DNA of 57,202 nt, counting the filler, from Sluysia triapertura (Eukaryota), in NCBI GenBank assembly GCA_046118255.1. It is 4 parts of 4 records of this genome, joined end to end, with 100 filler letters (N's around TTAATTAATTAA, not from the genome) between each part and the next. Parts side by side here need not be neighbours in the genome. Positions count along the whole stretch, not along the records: positions 25,403 to 37,659 come from JBJNIA010124966.1; positions 37,760 to 57,202 come from JBJNIA010068731.1; 2 more parts are not named here. One strand, 5' to 3'. The notes under the pieces are model-generated. The model saw only the letters and a program-made list of their open reading frames with translations. It had not been told where the DNA came from and searched no databases. Position numbers and translations under genes: made by a program. This document shows, piece by piece, positions 25,403 through 39,870 of the stretch; positions within the stretch are counted from its first letter, which is position 1, and every line of letters starts with the position of its first letter.

Positions 25403-27757
25403 CCATTTTATCAATTCAGATACTAGTTCTTCTGTTCTTTGAATAGTATTTTCTATGTTGTTCATTTCAAATTCAGTAAATAAATTCTTTTATATTTTGA
25501 GTATTACAATTCGACTGGATCATTATTTACAGTAGCAAAAAACATGAATCATTTGATAGATACTATTAACATCTTTACATGCTTAATCCATATTCGACAA
25601 GCTGTGCTTGAATGGAAGGTTGCAAGGAAATAAAAATTGTAGTTTTAAATCATTTTAAACACCCTTATAAACAACTTCACGATGGATCTTCAAATTGCGG
25701 TAGTCCCGAAGTTAAGTCAAATTTGATGTTCATTTGATGTATTTACAATGAGATTACTATAAATCAGTTTGGACGATGTAACATTTTTCAAACCGATTTT
25801 ATAAAAAGATATTTTATAATCTTTTTGCAAATTGACGACATTAAACTTATGAGAAATTTTATTGTTCTTGTTTTATCATTATTTACATTTAACTTTTAAA
25901 TCACTTTAAGAACATTTAATTTAGGCTTAATGCCATTGACAAAAAACGTAAACATTAATTTGAACAAAAGAAGTAAATTTAAAATACTAGACTTTATATT
26001 AACTAATAAAACAATGTACAAAACATAACGACATACTTCTAAAAATCTTTGTATGAAAGTCACTGTAATTCATTGATAAATAAATAGTGAAAATGATTGA
26101 TAAATTATTAAATAATAAATAATACAAATGACTTAGCATACACATCTTTAAAATTAAAATCAATTATTAAAGGCGGTATACGCTTTCTGGCAATATAAGT
26201 ACAAATTATTAAAACCACTTCAAAATCTTTCATGCATTTGATTTCTAATATTCTAATTGCCACATGTCCATCTAATAGAAATCGTTTATTACTCAATAAA
26301 AACAATTGAATAACGTGACTAAGCTAAAGTGAAATAACTTTAATAAAAGATATAATATGGTTGTATGAAGATAAGTAGATCAAAATACATAAAATTGACA
26401 AATTGCTAAATTTCTTTAAATAATATAAAATAGAAGATGCATACAATAATAAGCGCCAATAAAATGTGTCTGAAAAATATTGTGTTGTAATACTTCTAAT
26501 ATAAGTCATGATATAAATAGATGAATCATATTGTCAAAATTCCGAAATAAATCATTTATAGCTTATATTTAATAAGTAAAATTCATTTAAAAATGAATAA
26601 CATTAATTAATATTATTATTATTAAAAAGTTCTTTCTGTTTCAAAAATATTATAGTGAATGATTTATTTTAAGCGGTTTGAGTACTCATTCTACGATATA
26701 AGATTGTTTTACAATTGTTTTAAAATTTTGTAAAATTGTATTAAAAAGAAAATTCTTTTTGTTTCTGAAGTGTTTATCTTCTGATTTATCTTAACATTTT
26801 TGAATAATATAAGTAGAGTAGTAGTAGAAATAATCACAATAATATTAGTGATAAAATGCGAGAAACAATAAAAAAACATATGCATAAAGATAAATATAGA
26901 TACAAGGAAAAGAAGAGCAAACCAAACATTGTAACAATGATAACAACAATCATAAAATTGCAACAACTATAAAATAGTTATTATTATGATAATTATAATA
27001 ATAATTAAAAATTATTACGACTGTGTTTATTTTTTGTATCTGTTGAGTAATCTGTTTAGTAATATGTTTATGTAAGAAGTGTTGATTTGTGTTGATGTTT
27101 GTCATTGCCATGGGTTGATCTGGAGTTCACTACACAGATACTCACTTAAACCATTATTCAGATGTCTGATTTGTTTTCGAGTAATATCTAATCAAAATGT
27201 ATTTCCGTTATTTGAAATAAATGAGATACCAAAAGTGAAATTAATATTTTTCCTTCATTTATTTCTTTTTTGGCTTTGTTTCTTCTCGTCTGCCCATTCT
27301 TCGGACCTTTTTATGCGACATAATTCCAGAACGGCCTTCTGACAAATACATAATCACACATTGTCCGTTGATTGTCGCAATTCCAGCATTCAAATATACC
27401 TTTATTATTTTTATCGTCCTTTGTGAGTTGCGATTTGTTACAAGATAAGGTAAGATATGCTTACTTAACAAGATCTTGCATCACTCTGGATCAGTAACCA
27501 TTCTTAAAACATACACAATGCGCTCACAATATAAATTCTGATTGAAAAAGGAATTTAAAGCCAACTTAATCCCTCGTACACACGCAACATATCATAATAC
27601 AAATACACACACATACACACATCACACTTTTACTTAACGAATCATTTGAGTGGGCCCTGTCATTTTTCGAGTCTAGACTCCTTACATCCAGTTATTCAGA
27701 TCCAACATCAATGCATCTTCTAAATCATTCTAGAAATGATATGAATAAGTTGTAGTT

Positions 27758-28717
27758 ATGAGTTATATTTATTTAAAAAGTGATAATCATTCAGGAACAT
27801 GTGAACACGGCTGGCTGTGCGGCGGCAGCACATCTTGTATAGACAGACACGGCCTCTTGTGTCCGCAGACTCCGTCGTCGTCGTCGTCATTATCAACCAG
27901 TACCTCTCGAGAATCCCAAGTATCTTCATTCTGCATTCCTCACTCCTTACGCTGCGACGGGCTTAGAAATCAATGTGGTCCTCAAGAAGGCGATGAAAGC
28001 GATGAAGATCCAGCTTCGTGTCCGACATCAGTATCACGTTCGTCTCTTCTCTCTTCTAGCCTTGCACACGTACTTTGTCATGTCGTCATTATCTCTCTCG
28101 CGTTCACATGCTGCCTTATTCCTATCATACTTTTTTCCCGTCGACAAACTCAGTCCTTGAGGAAGCGAAATCCTAACCCCATCCTTCCTCATTCCACAGA
28201 TCTAGCTCAGAAAGCTCACTTAGAACACCAAGACAGAGATCATAGGGGGTATTGCTCTACAGAAATTCTCCCTGCACCGTTCCTCTATAAAAATCACAAT
28301 ATTGATGATAAATCTTCTACTGTAGATTCTTCTCAGAAACTCAATTCGTCTTTTCTTCTGACCAATCAAGACAACTCAATGATTCCATTGGAAACTCTTA
28401 CTATCTTCAACTGTATCTTGACATCTTCTTCCAGCTCTTTTATAAACCATCACAATTTAATCCCTCCTCTCTCTGAACCCCTTCCAGACCTGCAGACGTC
28501 GCTTGAAAAAGTTACAGTGTTCCCAGACCATTTGGACAAAGTTCCACCCTCTATCGACATGTCTGATTTTACAGGGCCTCCACAAAGTACAGTAGCAGTA
28601 GCAGCATGTCCGACTGCGAGTACACCCACGATTCCTGCAATCCCAGTCACGTCAGCGGCAACAGTCCATCCCAATATTAACATCCAACCCCAAATTGTTA
28701 TTATTTCTCGGCAATGA
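27758..28717 (+). CDS. LDL-receptor class A domain plus single transmembrane protein (probably the terminal exon from 27781)
   Basis: 319-aa GC-richer ORF. CIPHSLRCDGLRNQCGPQEGDESDEDPASC is an LDLa motif (CI....CDG...C....SDE...C). Hydrophobic LAHVLCHVVIISLAFTCCLIPIILFS is followed by RR and a Ser/Pro-rich tail. No signal peptide, but an AG acceptor at 27779-27780; AATAAA overlaps the stop. Confidence 0.8.
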   Translation: MSYIYLKSDNHSGTCEHGWLCGGSTSCIDRHGLLCPQTPSSSSSLSTSTSRESQVSSFCIPHSLRCDGLRNQCGPQEGDESDEDPASCPTSVSRSSLLSSSLAHVLCHVVIISLAFTCCLIPIILFSRRQTQSLRKRNPNPILPHSTDLAQKAHLEHQDRDHRGYCSTEILPAPFLYKNHNIDDKSSTVDSSQKLNSSFLLTNQDNSMIPLETLTIFNCILTSSSSSFINHHNLIPPLSEPLPDLQTSLEKVTVFPDHLDKVPPSIDMSDFTGPPQSTVAVAACPTASTPTIPAIPVTSAATVHPNINIQPQIVIISRQ

Positions 28718-30569
28718 ATAAATTATTTTATACTCATTTTATTTTGAGAGCAATTATCGGTGTCAATAGTATCTTCTTTAATCATGCACACACACACTAG
28801 AGCAGCCGCTGACAAAGTGATGCGACACAAAGACAGCCATACTTCTGTTTATTTGATTAACTTTTCGAAATCATAAATTCCACAAACGTGTTGCCATTTC
28901 ATTACAAAATTCAGTAAGTGATTGGGGAATTAAGAATTTATCAGTGATTTTGATCAGGTGTTCCATGGTCAGCGATGTTTTTGTGACCGTAAGAATTTTA
29001 TGATCGCGTTTATTTTAATTAAATAATATTAATAATGCCATAATTAACGAATTTCTATCTCACCAGAATACCAATCTAATAAACACCTCATCTCTTTACT
29101 TCTTTGAAAATTTATCTCTTCTGCTAACACGAAATTAACAACTTAATCACCAAGAAGCTGTAAGAGAACTTTATTATTATTAATTCTCGTTTAGACTAAG
29201 GAATTTTTAGTTTTCTACCAACGAAAAATCTCAACATAATCGACATTAAATTACCCAGCTCAATCGTGTTAAAATTAAACTCTTATAATGTCTTTGTTGG
29301 TTGGGAGGGAATTGCACTCTAGGATATAGCTGTAAGGACTCTCAGATCTCCGGATACCCCACCATCTTTGCTTAAGGGCCTTCCTCCTTGTAAGGTCTTT
29401 TTTTCGAAGTAAGCTTGTGTGTGCCATTAGTGGATAGAAGGAAACTGTGAAAGAACCATGAAATTGTTGTCAGAAAGTGGTGTGGCTTGGCTTGGCTTGA
29501 GTTGCATATGGAAGATATTCTTAGTTCTCAGAGGGAAAAGTGTGATAATGTACATGGGTCTGCCGAAATATGTGTGATAAGTTCTATGGAAATTGTAGAA
29601 TAATGAGCTTGACAAAGAGGAGAAACGGTGTAGGTACTAATCAAATCGAGAGCAGAGGGCATAAAAAGAACGCCGTAAACCCCAGAGAAATGCCACTCTC
29701 CGTTCTGTGTGTCTTTTTCAAATAGTATTAAAACTGTCGTAACAAGTTCAAGTCTTATACTTGTTAATTTGATGTTTCATACAGTTCTCTAAAGAAGACT
29801 AAAAGCATAATTTCGTAGTTGTTATTGTGGTGGAGAATTTGGCGGTTTTTGAGAAAGAACATTTTTGATATTTTCATTAAAACATAAAGATTCATTCAGT
29901 AACCCTTTGTTTTAGTATCATCAGCTTCAATTTGGGGTGGAAAATCGAAAATATCAGAAATTTATTGTATTATGTTGCTAATGTTTTTAGAAATGATACG
30001 AATTTTACAGGCTTTGATTTGATTGGTATGTTTGAAATAATTTCATAACCATACCTTTATAGTTCAAGGTTTTAGTCCAATAACAGTTACTTTACCAAAC
30101 AAACAGCAAACAAACTGACATGTAGTGGATTGTATCTTTGTTATCTATCTTCAATTAATCTATGGGTCTTCTTTAGTTTAAAACCATAAGTGTTTTAAAC
30201 GATAAGTGTTAAAACCATCATTAATGATTTAATAAAATATCAACTAAATTTTCCTTTTCTTTCAAGTTAAATTTTCAGAATAAAATTATAAATAAAGAAA
30301 TAAATATTAATACCAAGGTTAAAATAATTATCGAAAACTGGGTATATATCTGAAAAATTGAATAATGATAACAATAATAAAACGCATATTGGAAACTCCT
30401 TTTTTTCCAATAATGTTAGCCAAAAGTAAAACTGGCAAAGGAACTGTCCTATTAGTTATTTGCCACCTAAAATTAATTAATAATTTAATGCGTCAAAAGG
30501 GCTTATATTTCCTAACACAATGTACAAGATAATGAAAAATAAGACTAAATAGCAAAAAAATGATATCAG

Positions 30570-31150
30570 TTCAACACTTATGTGGTGGCCAACCTTTCAC
30601 CTTTAATAAATTTTATTAAATGTTTTTCCTTTCAACACAACATAATCAAAATCATATATTTTTAACATCTTCATCCGTCAAAATCAATTAAACCCACAAT
30701 CTCATAACACCTAAAAAAATTCATCTAAAATATTTTATTTTCATTTTCTAATAATCCAATCACAAGCTCAGCAGAAATCATCTAACATAAATCTTCAAAT
30801 CAATCTAAACATTATAAATTCACTATTTTCTATCATCAATTCCTAACAATCCATTCTTAACCTTATAATATCAAAATTACACTTCTTAACATTGCATAAC
30901 AACCTTTTTAGGTTATGCTAAAACTGTACTATATTTATTCCTTTCTGATCCACTAAAATCAATTTCCGTATCTCAAAACATCTTTAATCTTGTAACATTC
31001 AAACCACTATGATATTCAAAATCATCAATGTATAGGTAAACGTCAATTGAAACATTTTATGTATGATGTTATAACATTAAATTCATAATTACACCGCTAA
31101 ACTTTATTTAAAATCCGTTACATTAATTCGTGACGTCATAAATTCACAAT
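30570..31150 (-). repeat. Inverted homologue of the skewed relic at 3450-4085
   Basis: Shared gttggccac(c/t)aca and tttaataaa.ttta blocks; C>>G on the plus strand. Confidence 0.5.
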
Positions 31151-31172
31151 ATCCTAACATTTAATCTTTCAG

Positions 31173-32256
31173 GCAATTAAAGACATTAAGTTCAACAATT
31201 TAAAATATATTAAGAAACATAAGAAACAGTAGAAAGATCATATTAAATTCAAAACAAAGAAATTTATGTTTTTTTCCTAATCTCTTATCTTGTGTACTTT
31301 TGCTATAATTAAAACATCCATTTTTTGTATTATTAATGTACAAATATTTTAAAAAATTTTAAAAAATATAAATGTTTACAAAATGGCTACAAAAATTCCT
31401 TATGGAATGGTTCATTTTTCGACAGAAAAAACTGGATATTTATCTGAAAGTGGTGGTTTACGTTTAGTCGAAAGTATTGTTAGACGACGTGCACTTAGTA
31501 ATAAAACTGAATCTAATATGTCTCGCCTTTCGATCAAATCATCTCAAGACCAAGAATCAAATGATCAATTACGTCTATTGTATGTGAATGTGTCAAGTAG
31601 TAGTACTGTTAAATCAACGAGGACAGTTTTATGGAATTAAATGTCCCTTACACAGATGCAGTTGAAATCATTTTATCCCCATTAACAATATTTTATCATG
31701 TGATGCACAATCCAATTCAACAGATGATGAAGCTGGTGATAAAGAATATGCAGATGTTATAGACGGAATAACTTATTACGATGTTTTCGTTAACATTCCT
31801 TTTGAAATATTTCAGGTGATTTTGTTTCTTAATTATTTTTATGTGTTTATCCATTTTATATTTGATAATTTTTCTTTCAAATCTTTTAGTTGTATACTGT
31901 GTCGAAATATGCTCGAAATAATCAAACCTGTAATGTAAAGTTAAACTATCAAATTGTTAATACTGTTAATAAAAGTTATGTTTTTTGGGTTAATACTTTT
32001 CGTGATTTTTGTTTCAAATTAAATGTAAACCACTATTTTCAATATTAAAAAAGTAAGTTAAGTCATATAAAGATTATCACTAATGGAAGTTATTTTGTTG
32101 TAAATTTAAGAATAATTAGCTTTTACTCAAACTATGTTTTATGTTTGTAAAATGATCAAAAGACTGGAAAATGGAGTAACAAAGCTCAGTGTTAACTTAT
32201 GATAAAAGAAGACACGCTAATAAATATTTTAAAGTCACAAAATAAAACTTTCTGAG
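31173..32256 (+). pseudogene. Possible damaged GRAM C-terminal half plus VASt-like exons (GRAMD1/Aster-like)
   Basis: tttcag acceptor at 31172, then AIKDIKFNNLKYIKKHKKQ*KDHIKFKTKKFMFFS (cf. GRAM I.L.DI..+.K.K...NAI.+.T..K+FF). ORF 31383-31640 is a Ser-rich linker; two frameshifts lead to YYDVFVNIPFEIFQ|gt (31815). Further candidate exons at 31890-31934 and ~32163-32256. Similarity is weak and an in-frame TAG lies at 31230. Confidence 0.4.
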
Positions 32257-35027
32257 GTAATGTGGTGGAAAGAATATAATATTTAAGAATAACGTTGTTG
32301 TTGATGTATAATCACTGCTACTGAGGGGAATTTGTGAAAAAATATTGCATTATTGCGAATAATAAATCGGCGATTAGCGTTCTATACTTCTATAACTCTT
32401 GATTTCCTAATCAGCTTTATCAAAGATCTGTTTGATTCCTGCTTCAAGTGCTAATAGTGTTAACTACTGACCAAACGAATGAAGTAGAATTCCCGAATTT
32501 CCCATAAAATTATAGATTACTATTTTTGGAAATCATTTTCTTTTTTCGAAATTTTGTAATTTTATGGTGACAACCTAAAATTACATTGTTCATAAGTTTT
32601 TTTAGGTTGCTTTAAATAAATTAATAATTAAACTCATACTTAAATTATCATCTTTTAAGACTAGTTTAAATCTAGTCAAAATCTATTTTTAAAATCTATT
32701 TTAAAGTAACTATTAAGATTCAACCCTTAATAGTATAATTTGATTATTAATATTATAATTTTGATTTAGGTATATTTTGTTTATATATTTTTATTATTGT
32801 TCCTTTCAATTTTATAATAGTTCAATTTAATTAAAAAGAATATTTATAAGCATTTAGTTAAAGCTTAGACATTTCAGTTACAAGAATATATCATATCAAA
32901 TTAGTGAATCCATGTTTTATATACAACAACCTATAACTATCGCAGAAGAAAAACTACAGATAAATAGTATTGTAATCACATTACTTTAAGTAAATTATTA
33001 GAAATTTTAAATTACTATTAGTGTCAGGATAACTTTCGATTAGAATAAATTAACAATCCGAGTTAACATCTGATAGGATAAGCATACATTATTAAAATAT
33101 GGAAAACGCTTAGATTCTACCTGAGAAAATATGCCTTCCATTAGGATATAAAACACTTAGTATAGATGGAATAGCTTATTATCTTCATTTTTCATAAGTG
33201 AATTATAAAAAGAAACTTGAAATATTAAAGGTTTATGCAAAATATATTAGAAATTATTCATAAATATATCATAACGTTTGCTAAAATAAAACAATGTCAC
33301 CTTAATTAACAGGTTCAGAAAATAATTTTTAATAAAAACACAACTTTCAAAGAAATACTCGGAGTTGAAGAAGTTTCTTTGCATTCTATGGAATAATTAA
33401 CAAACATTGTGATGAAAAAATAGATTATGGAAAATACTGAACCAAGGAAAATTACAAAAAAGAATTAAAATTTCATAAATTTTATTAAGGAATTTCTACA
33501 AAAAATCTGAAATGCATTACAACGATCCAGGTTTGTCAAAAGTATAGAATATATCAGGAATCGTTTTGTTAATGTTACTATAAAGCGCAAACTTACACCC
33601 GTGAGATTCAATATATGGCAAATGGAAGATTTTTCTAGATGAAACTGAAATAAATTTAAGCCAGACTCGTAAATATTATAGCATTTAAAGTTGTCAAATT
33701 TGTAAGTGTTTTCTTTTATCGAAAATCTAGTTACAAAATAGTGCTTATTGACTAAGGATTCGCCTATGGTGTATGGTTTACACTTTTCAAGCGACATACC
33801 TATAGGATTTTTACTTATTGCTAAGAACTTTTAATTAACGGTTTCTCAGATTTTAAGATCTGATACTGTGTTTATTTCGGTAATTACACAGGAATCTTTC
33901 ACTTATTTTAGTCACGGGATTGGTTTGGAAGCTATCTTTTTTGTAGTGTTCGTACTAAGGCTAATTTAATAGTTTCTATATCTTAATCAATAAGATAATT
34001 ATGTCATCTAAATTATTTAAACGTTATAACTAAGAATTAAGTAATAGAAAAATATATTATACTAAATCACCCGACCAAACTTATAATATAAAATCACTAA
34101 CTAAAAAATATATCTTAATCAAAATGCACAATTTAATTTAACCACAAAATAATATATTAATAAGGTTGGAATTTAATTATCTAATTTTTTAGATTTTGAT
34201 AATGATTTTATCCATTCTTTAATAAAGACCAAAGCCCACAAATAAAAACTTACAAAATATCTAATACAAAAAACAAATGGAAAGCCGGATCGTTATGTAT
34301 ACAATTTCGGTATTTTGAGAGAAGCACAGAGAGTCTGAAAGGTAACATGGAGTCAATGGTGCCAGATAGTTGTCAAAACATTCCCCAGGCATTTTGTCAA
34401 CTTTAAATAATTTTTAATAATTCTTTACTTAAAATTTTAATTTATTAATTTATTTGTGTGATTTGTTCGGTTTTATCACTATTTATATTTCGTTCTAGAA
34501 AAGCATTAACCAGCATTTTATTACTAATATAAATTTTTATTACCATTTTATTGTAAAAAATTTATTTAATTTATTATCAACATAAAAATTTATGAGCTTC
34601 CATTTATAGGCTTTTGGGGTTAATAATGTTTGAAATCGTAAAATTACGATCTAAGAACAATGACAGTACGTAACAGTGTGATAATCAATATCAATTACTA
34701 AAGTACGTATTAAATGAGGCATTACAGTCTTAGTATGATTTTTACTTGAAAATGATAAGAACCATCGGTTTTGAATTTCAGTTACTTTTAAATTATTATT
34801 ATCGTTATCAAGTACTGAGTTACTGTAATTCAATACAGCAAGTATTAAGTTTTTTAAAAAGCCGAATTTTTATCTCTTTTTAATTATGAACTGAGGTACT
34901 TTATTCTCTAGTTTTTAGTGATCGCTAACTTTGTAACTTTTTAATCTTTTGTAACAAATTGTGTTTAATATCTTCTATGATTTGACGTCCAATAAAAACA
35001 ACTAATAACAAAATACAAAAATAGTGC

Positions 35028-35045
35028 TGATTGGACGTCCAATCA
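35028..35045. promoter_or_regulatory. 18-bp perfect palindrome TGATTGGACGTCCAATCA (two inverted CCAAT boxes around GACGTC)
   Basis: Sequence is seen directly, with an imperfect second copy tgatttgacgtccaata at ~34978-34994. The regulatory role is inference. Confidence 0.35.
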
Positions 35046-35252
35046 AACCAGTTGCATCAAATTTGCTTAATAAATGCTGCGTAGAAATATTGATGACACA
35101 TACACTAGGCAACTGTTATCAGTCTACAGTTTCAAAATTACATACATTAAATTAAATTAAAAAATGTCAACTGATGACAGGTTACAGTGGCTAACAACGT
35201 TTCATACTGATAACGTAATAATGATAATTAATTAAAATAAATAATGAAATAA

Positions 35253-35307
<55 letters not shown>

Positions 35308-37598
35308 TTAATAATACAAACATTCCGCATAAATTTTAATTTCTTTTACATAATTTGCTCTTTAAAAGAACTTCTTATTCACATTATCTTAATGAAATTC
35401 TTTGTCTTGAAATATAAATGAATACAATTACATAAATGAGGTTCTTTTTATCTTTGTTATATTAAAGTTTCTCTACATAAAATCAGGAATTTCTTTTAGC
35501 TTAAATTCTTTAAAACTTCTTTAATTTAACTTGTAGAAATACAAATCCTGAATTACATAATCAAAATTCTATTTTGAAAAGGTGAATAAAATTCTTTTGG
35601 TTCTTTTAGCTTTTGTCTATGAAGATAGTTCGTTTACTTCTCTAGATGATTTTGCAATATTAGTTTTGATTCTTGTACTTTTTGAAAGAAACTTCATTTA
35701 GTGATTATCAAGATATGGAATGTAGAACGAGTTAATAAGAGAATGTTTAAAGAAAATAATATGTAACTAATTAAAGAAATGCCAATTTGATTGCAATGTC
35801 TAAAATGGTTTTAAAAAGTGAATTTAATATTTTTCGGTGATATTAAAGATTGAATGTTAAAGGATTGTGAACTTGAAATGTTTTGGAATGATTTTAAGAT
35901 TTATATTTGATAGTTTGAAGAGTAAATTGTGAATTAAAATGTTTTGAATGAAATTTAATGTACATTATTAGTCTGAGTGTAAATATAATTTTAATATTGT
36001 AAAGTTGTGAATTTAAAATCTTTAGAAAAAGGAGAAAAATAAGGTTTTAATGAATCTAAAAAGTAAAATATAGACAAGGTTTTGATACATTCTGAAAAGG
36101 TATAATGTACAATGTTAATGAATGTAATTATGCCACAAGGCTTTTGCTCTTTATTAAAGAAGAGATAAACAAAATGTTGTTATTAAAAAATTTATTTAAA
36201 TTTTTATTAAGCATAAAAATTTTATTATTAACACAATAATTTCATAATTAAGATTTTTTGATTAACATAAAATTGTGTATTTTAAAATTTTTTTAAACGC
36301 ATCTTCGTAAATTGCAATTAATAAATCAGGAATACTTTCTTTCGAAATCAAAGATGGAAGATTTAATGTCAAAACTTTCAAAATAAAGTGTTTTTCTATT
36401 TGTAAAATGACCCTAGTGATGTTTTGATTATGATGATTGTACTTTTTTAAGCAGAAAAGATATAAGAGATTTATTAGTGTCAAGTAACATTAGTTATTGC
36501 CTTATTCCTTCATATTCTTCTCAATTAAATACCACTGACAATATTTCAACCATTTTAAAGATAAGTTAGACACTTTCGCAAATTATAAGTAATTAAACAA
36601 TTAATTTTGATGATTCATTTTTAAATATGGAAAAACATGATTTTATTTAATAAAATAAAATTGAAAAATGTTTTTTTTAAAAAATTTAATTTTGTGCTCT
36701 TAATGTTAAATGTATTGCAATATATCAATATGTTAAGAATGATTTTTAATACATTATTGCATAAGCCTTTATTAAATTGTTACGTCTTTTATAACAATAT
36801 TAATTATCCATTAAATATCTTTCTAAACCAAAGCACAAAATCTAAGTAAGACTTAATTATATTATATTATCAAATATCACAAAATTAAAAAATAGTAATT
36901 ATCACAATTAATCATTAACTATCAAAAACAAATGTTAAACTATGAATGAAATAGGTAATTATAGATAATATATAAAAATTTGCAAATATATAAATGAAAC
37001 AAAACTATAATGTCCTCTACGTAATCCTTTACTAAATCAAATCTAACACAAGGCTTCAAATAATAATTCACATTACGAATTATTATGAAATCCTACGAGT
37101 CTAGCTAATCTATTATCGATAGCAGCACGCAATCAAATCATTCAATCAATTTCACATTATTTAACCAAAAACCATTTGTCAAATCAATGTAATCAAATCT
37201 ATGAAACCACACGAAGTTCTTAGTGTTTTAATAATGATTGATATGATTAACTAATTTTGCATTATGCATTCTTTATGCAACTTTTAACAAATACTTCTCA
37301 ATTTTAAATAACATTTAGTAACATTGTATTTCCTCATATAGTCATCAACATAACTTTAAATATGACTTTCTCAACTTTTAATAATTTGTAACACAGGAAA
37401 ATCATTTTCAGTTATAAATGTTAATAATTTTTATTAATATTATTATTTATTTCTTGTTAATTTAATTTTAGATCAAGACCTGGCATATGATTTCATCTTT
37501 ACGTATTCTATTTCAATAGCATAAAATGAATGCGATTTTTAAAAAATGTCATATATATCTTGTGTATAAATTTGTTATACTGATTATTATTATTGTTA

Positions 37599-37659
<61 letters not shown>

Positions 37660-37759
37660 NNNNNNNNNNNNNNNNNNNNNNNNNNNNNNNNNNNNNNNNN
37701 NNNTTAATTAATTAANNNNNNNNNNNNNNNNNNNNNNNNNNNNNNNNNNNNNNNNNNNN
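37660..37759. other. Artificial contig linker N44-TTAATTAATTAA-N44
   Basis: Same structure as the other two gaps. Confidence 0.95.
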
Positions 37760-38641
37760 TGATTTTTACAGGTACGCCATAGGTAAGTCGTATACTGTAA
37801 ACGGACTCATAAATATTAATTATTTTGCTGTAGGTAGTCTTCAGGTTAAAAAAGAACATAGCATTTTTGTAAAAATTGCAACATCTATTTGAAAATTTAA
37901 AAAGAGAATCATCTTTTTCATTGTTGATGAAAAATCAATGCTTATTCTTTAAAGGAAAAGCGCACAACAATATATTAAGACTCAATTTTACGTCCAAAGA
38001 TGTAAAACTCAATCCCTTTATGATTTGTCTCTGGTATTTATCTGATTGATAAACTTGAGGAATAAAGATTTGAAGTAAATATACATAACATCTTGATATC
38101 CAGGGCCTTAATTACAAATAAATATCGAAAAATATCAAGATATTCAAATTCTTCTAATTTAATTGGCTGTAAAAATCTAAAAGATTCATCAAAAACTTCA
38201 AAGACTAATTTTCTTTTTCTCATTTTAATGTTTTGAAATCATTCTTTGTTTGTTCCAGAATTTCGTGGTAAACACAAAGTACTGAAATAATCTGAATGAA
38301 TCCAGAATAATGTAACAATTGTTCTATAAAAAGGATACCATCATTCGAGATTGTAATTTTGTAAATTGAATAATCGAAAAGAAACTTATTTCAGATAACG
38401 TATTTTCTCATTATTATTAAAATTAATACTGTCGACAAGATTCATAATAACTTATTAATTATGACCTTTTTCGTACCATTATTAGATATAATAACAAAAA
38501 ATTTATAATTTTATAAATGATTAATTAATTAACAAATTAATTTAATTATTTCGATTTTTATAATTTTATAATTGTGCAAAACAACAAGAATTATTGTTTT
38601 AATTTTTTAATTTAATTAAATTTTAATAATAATAATAAATT

Positions 38642-38697
<56 letters not shown>

Positions 38698-39384
38698 TGA
38701 ATTTTGGCAATATTTGCATAACCGGATATAAACTTATAAGTAAAACAACAAAATTATATTTTATTTTTTTAGTTTGCAATGTTATAAGAAAATATTTTTC
38801 TTGTGTTCATTTTAAATAAAAAATTATAAATACTAATTTTAGTTATACTTTCTGATTAAGTTTTAAAAATCACAGGTTACTTTTATAACTTAAATATTGA
38901 TTTTTAATAAAGACCATTAACTTTTTTCTTTTGCACTTTTAACCAAGAAGAATTGTTTCATGTTGGACGATAAAAACAAATTTAAAGCATCATTTCGCTT
39001 TTCATTTAACACGTATGACTTTTTTTGCTTTTCTTCTCATTACTTTGTGTTGTAGATTAGCATTATGAAGATGTTCTTTAACTTCATTTTCTAAACTTAA
39101 ATTTCCTGAATGAAAACTGATTGTCATTCTTCACTTATTTCATCAATGTTTCAACTAAACTGAATTTAATAAGAGTTTTATTGTATTAAATATTTTTTTT
39201 GGTGAAATGTGTGATTTTACTGAACAAAAAATAAAATTCTTCGTGTTTTGTATTATTTCTTTAATTAAATGCAACAATGGAAAAATATTTTTCATGAATA
39301 CTTCTTCCATTCAGAAATAAGTGCCCAATTATCAATATAAAAATAATATTATATATTTTATTGAATCGTAACTGCAAATGTCAT

Positions 39385-39870
39385 TTTTGAGAAACCTATA
39401 GGAGTCATTTGGGTTATTTAAAGCCTAAAATCAAAATTTATGGAAACTGAAAGCTTATTAAGTCTTTGTAATTGGTCTTTTTCACACTTTGTAGTGTTAC
39501 CTCTGATATTTATTCACACACTCCTGGTGAGAAAGAAAAATCTTAGTCAAAATATTTAAATTCAATTCAGAAAAAGCGTTTTCAATGAAATTATTGAATT
39601 CTATTGGAAAAGCCCAAAACTAAGACCTTTATATCAGGACTATTAGGTTGATGACATTTATTGGCTGTTGCATTGATTGAGGAAGCAATAAGCCGTTCGC
39701 TTTGTGTTTAGACCATTTTTTCCAAAATATTTTCCACATCTTTCATTATTTTCAGGTCGTAAAAATGCTTTTTTTCGATCAAAGAAAATTATTCTACAAA
39801 AAACTACCAATTTTGTTTTATTTTTCGTCAAAACTTTCATCTATAAAAAGTGTTTTCAAAATGACAGCTC
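39385..39870 (+). repeat. Dispersed decayed element, homologue of 9940-10210
   Basis: Near-identical inverted blocks, listed under 9940-10210. Confidence 0.75.

Noticed and set aside
28450-28683. Overlapping or antisense ORFs 28450-28683, 27975-28160, 19388-19591, 1896-2108, 43261-43458, 43890-44099, 55979-56368
   Set aside because: Shadows of better-supported coding sequence on another frame or strand.
29290-29720. Non-LTR retrotransposon endonuclease fragment on the minus strand
   Set aside because: GC-richer with a faint TY...I..LF...PLSD pattern, but no SDH/DFN motif or RT. Too weak to call.
37526-37711. Poly-Ile ORFs (also 42182-42373)
   Set aside because: Translations of (ATT)n/(AAT)n microsatellites.
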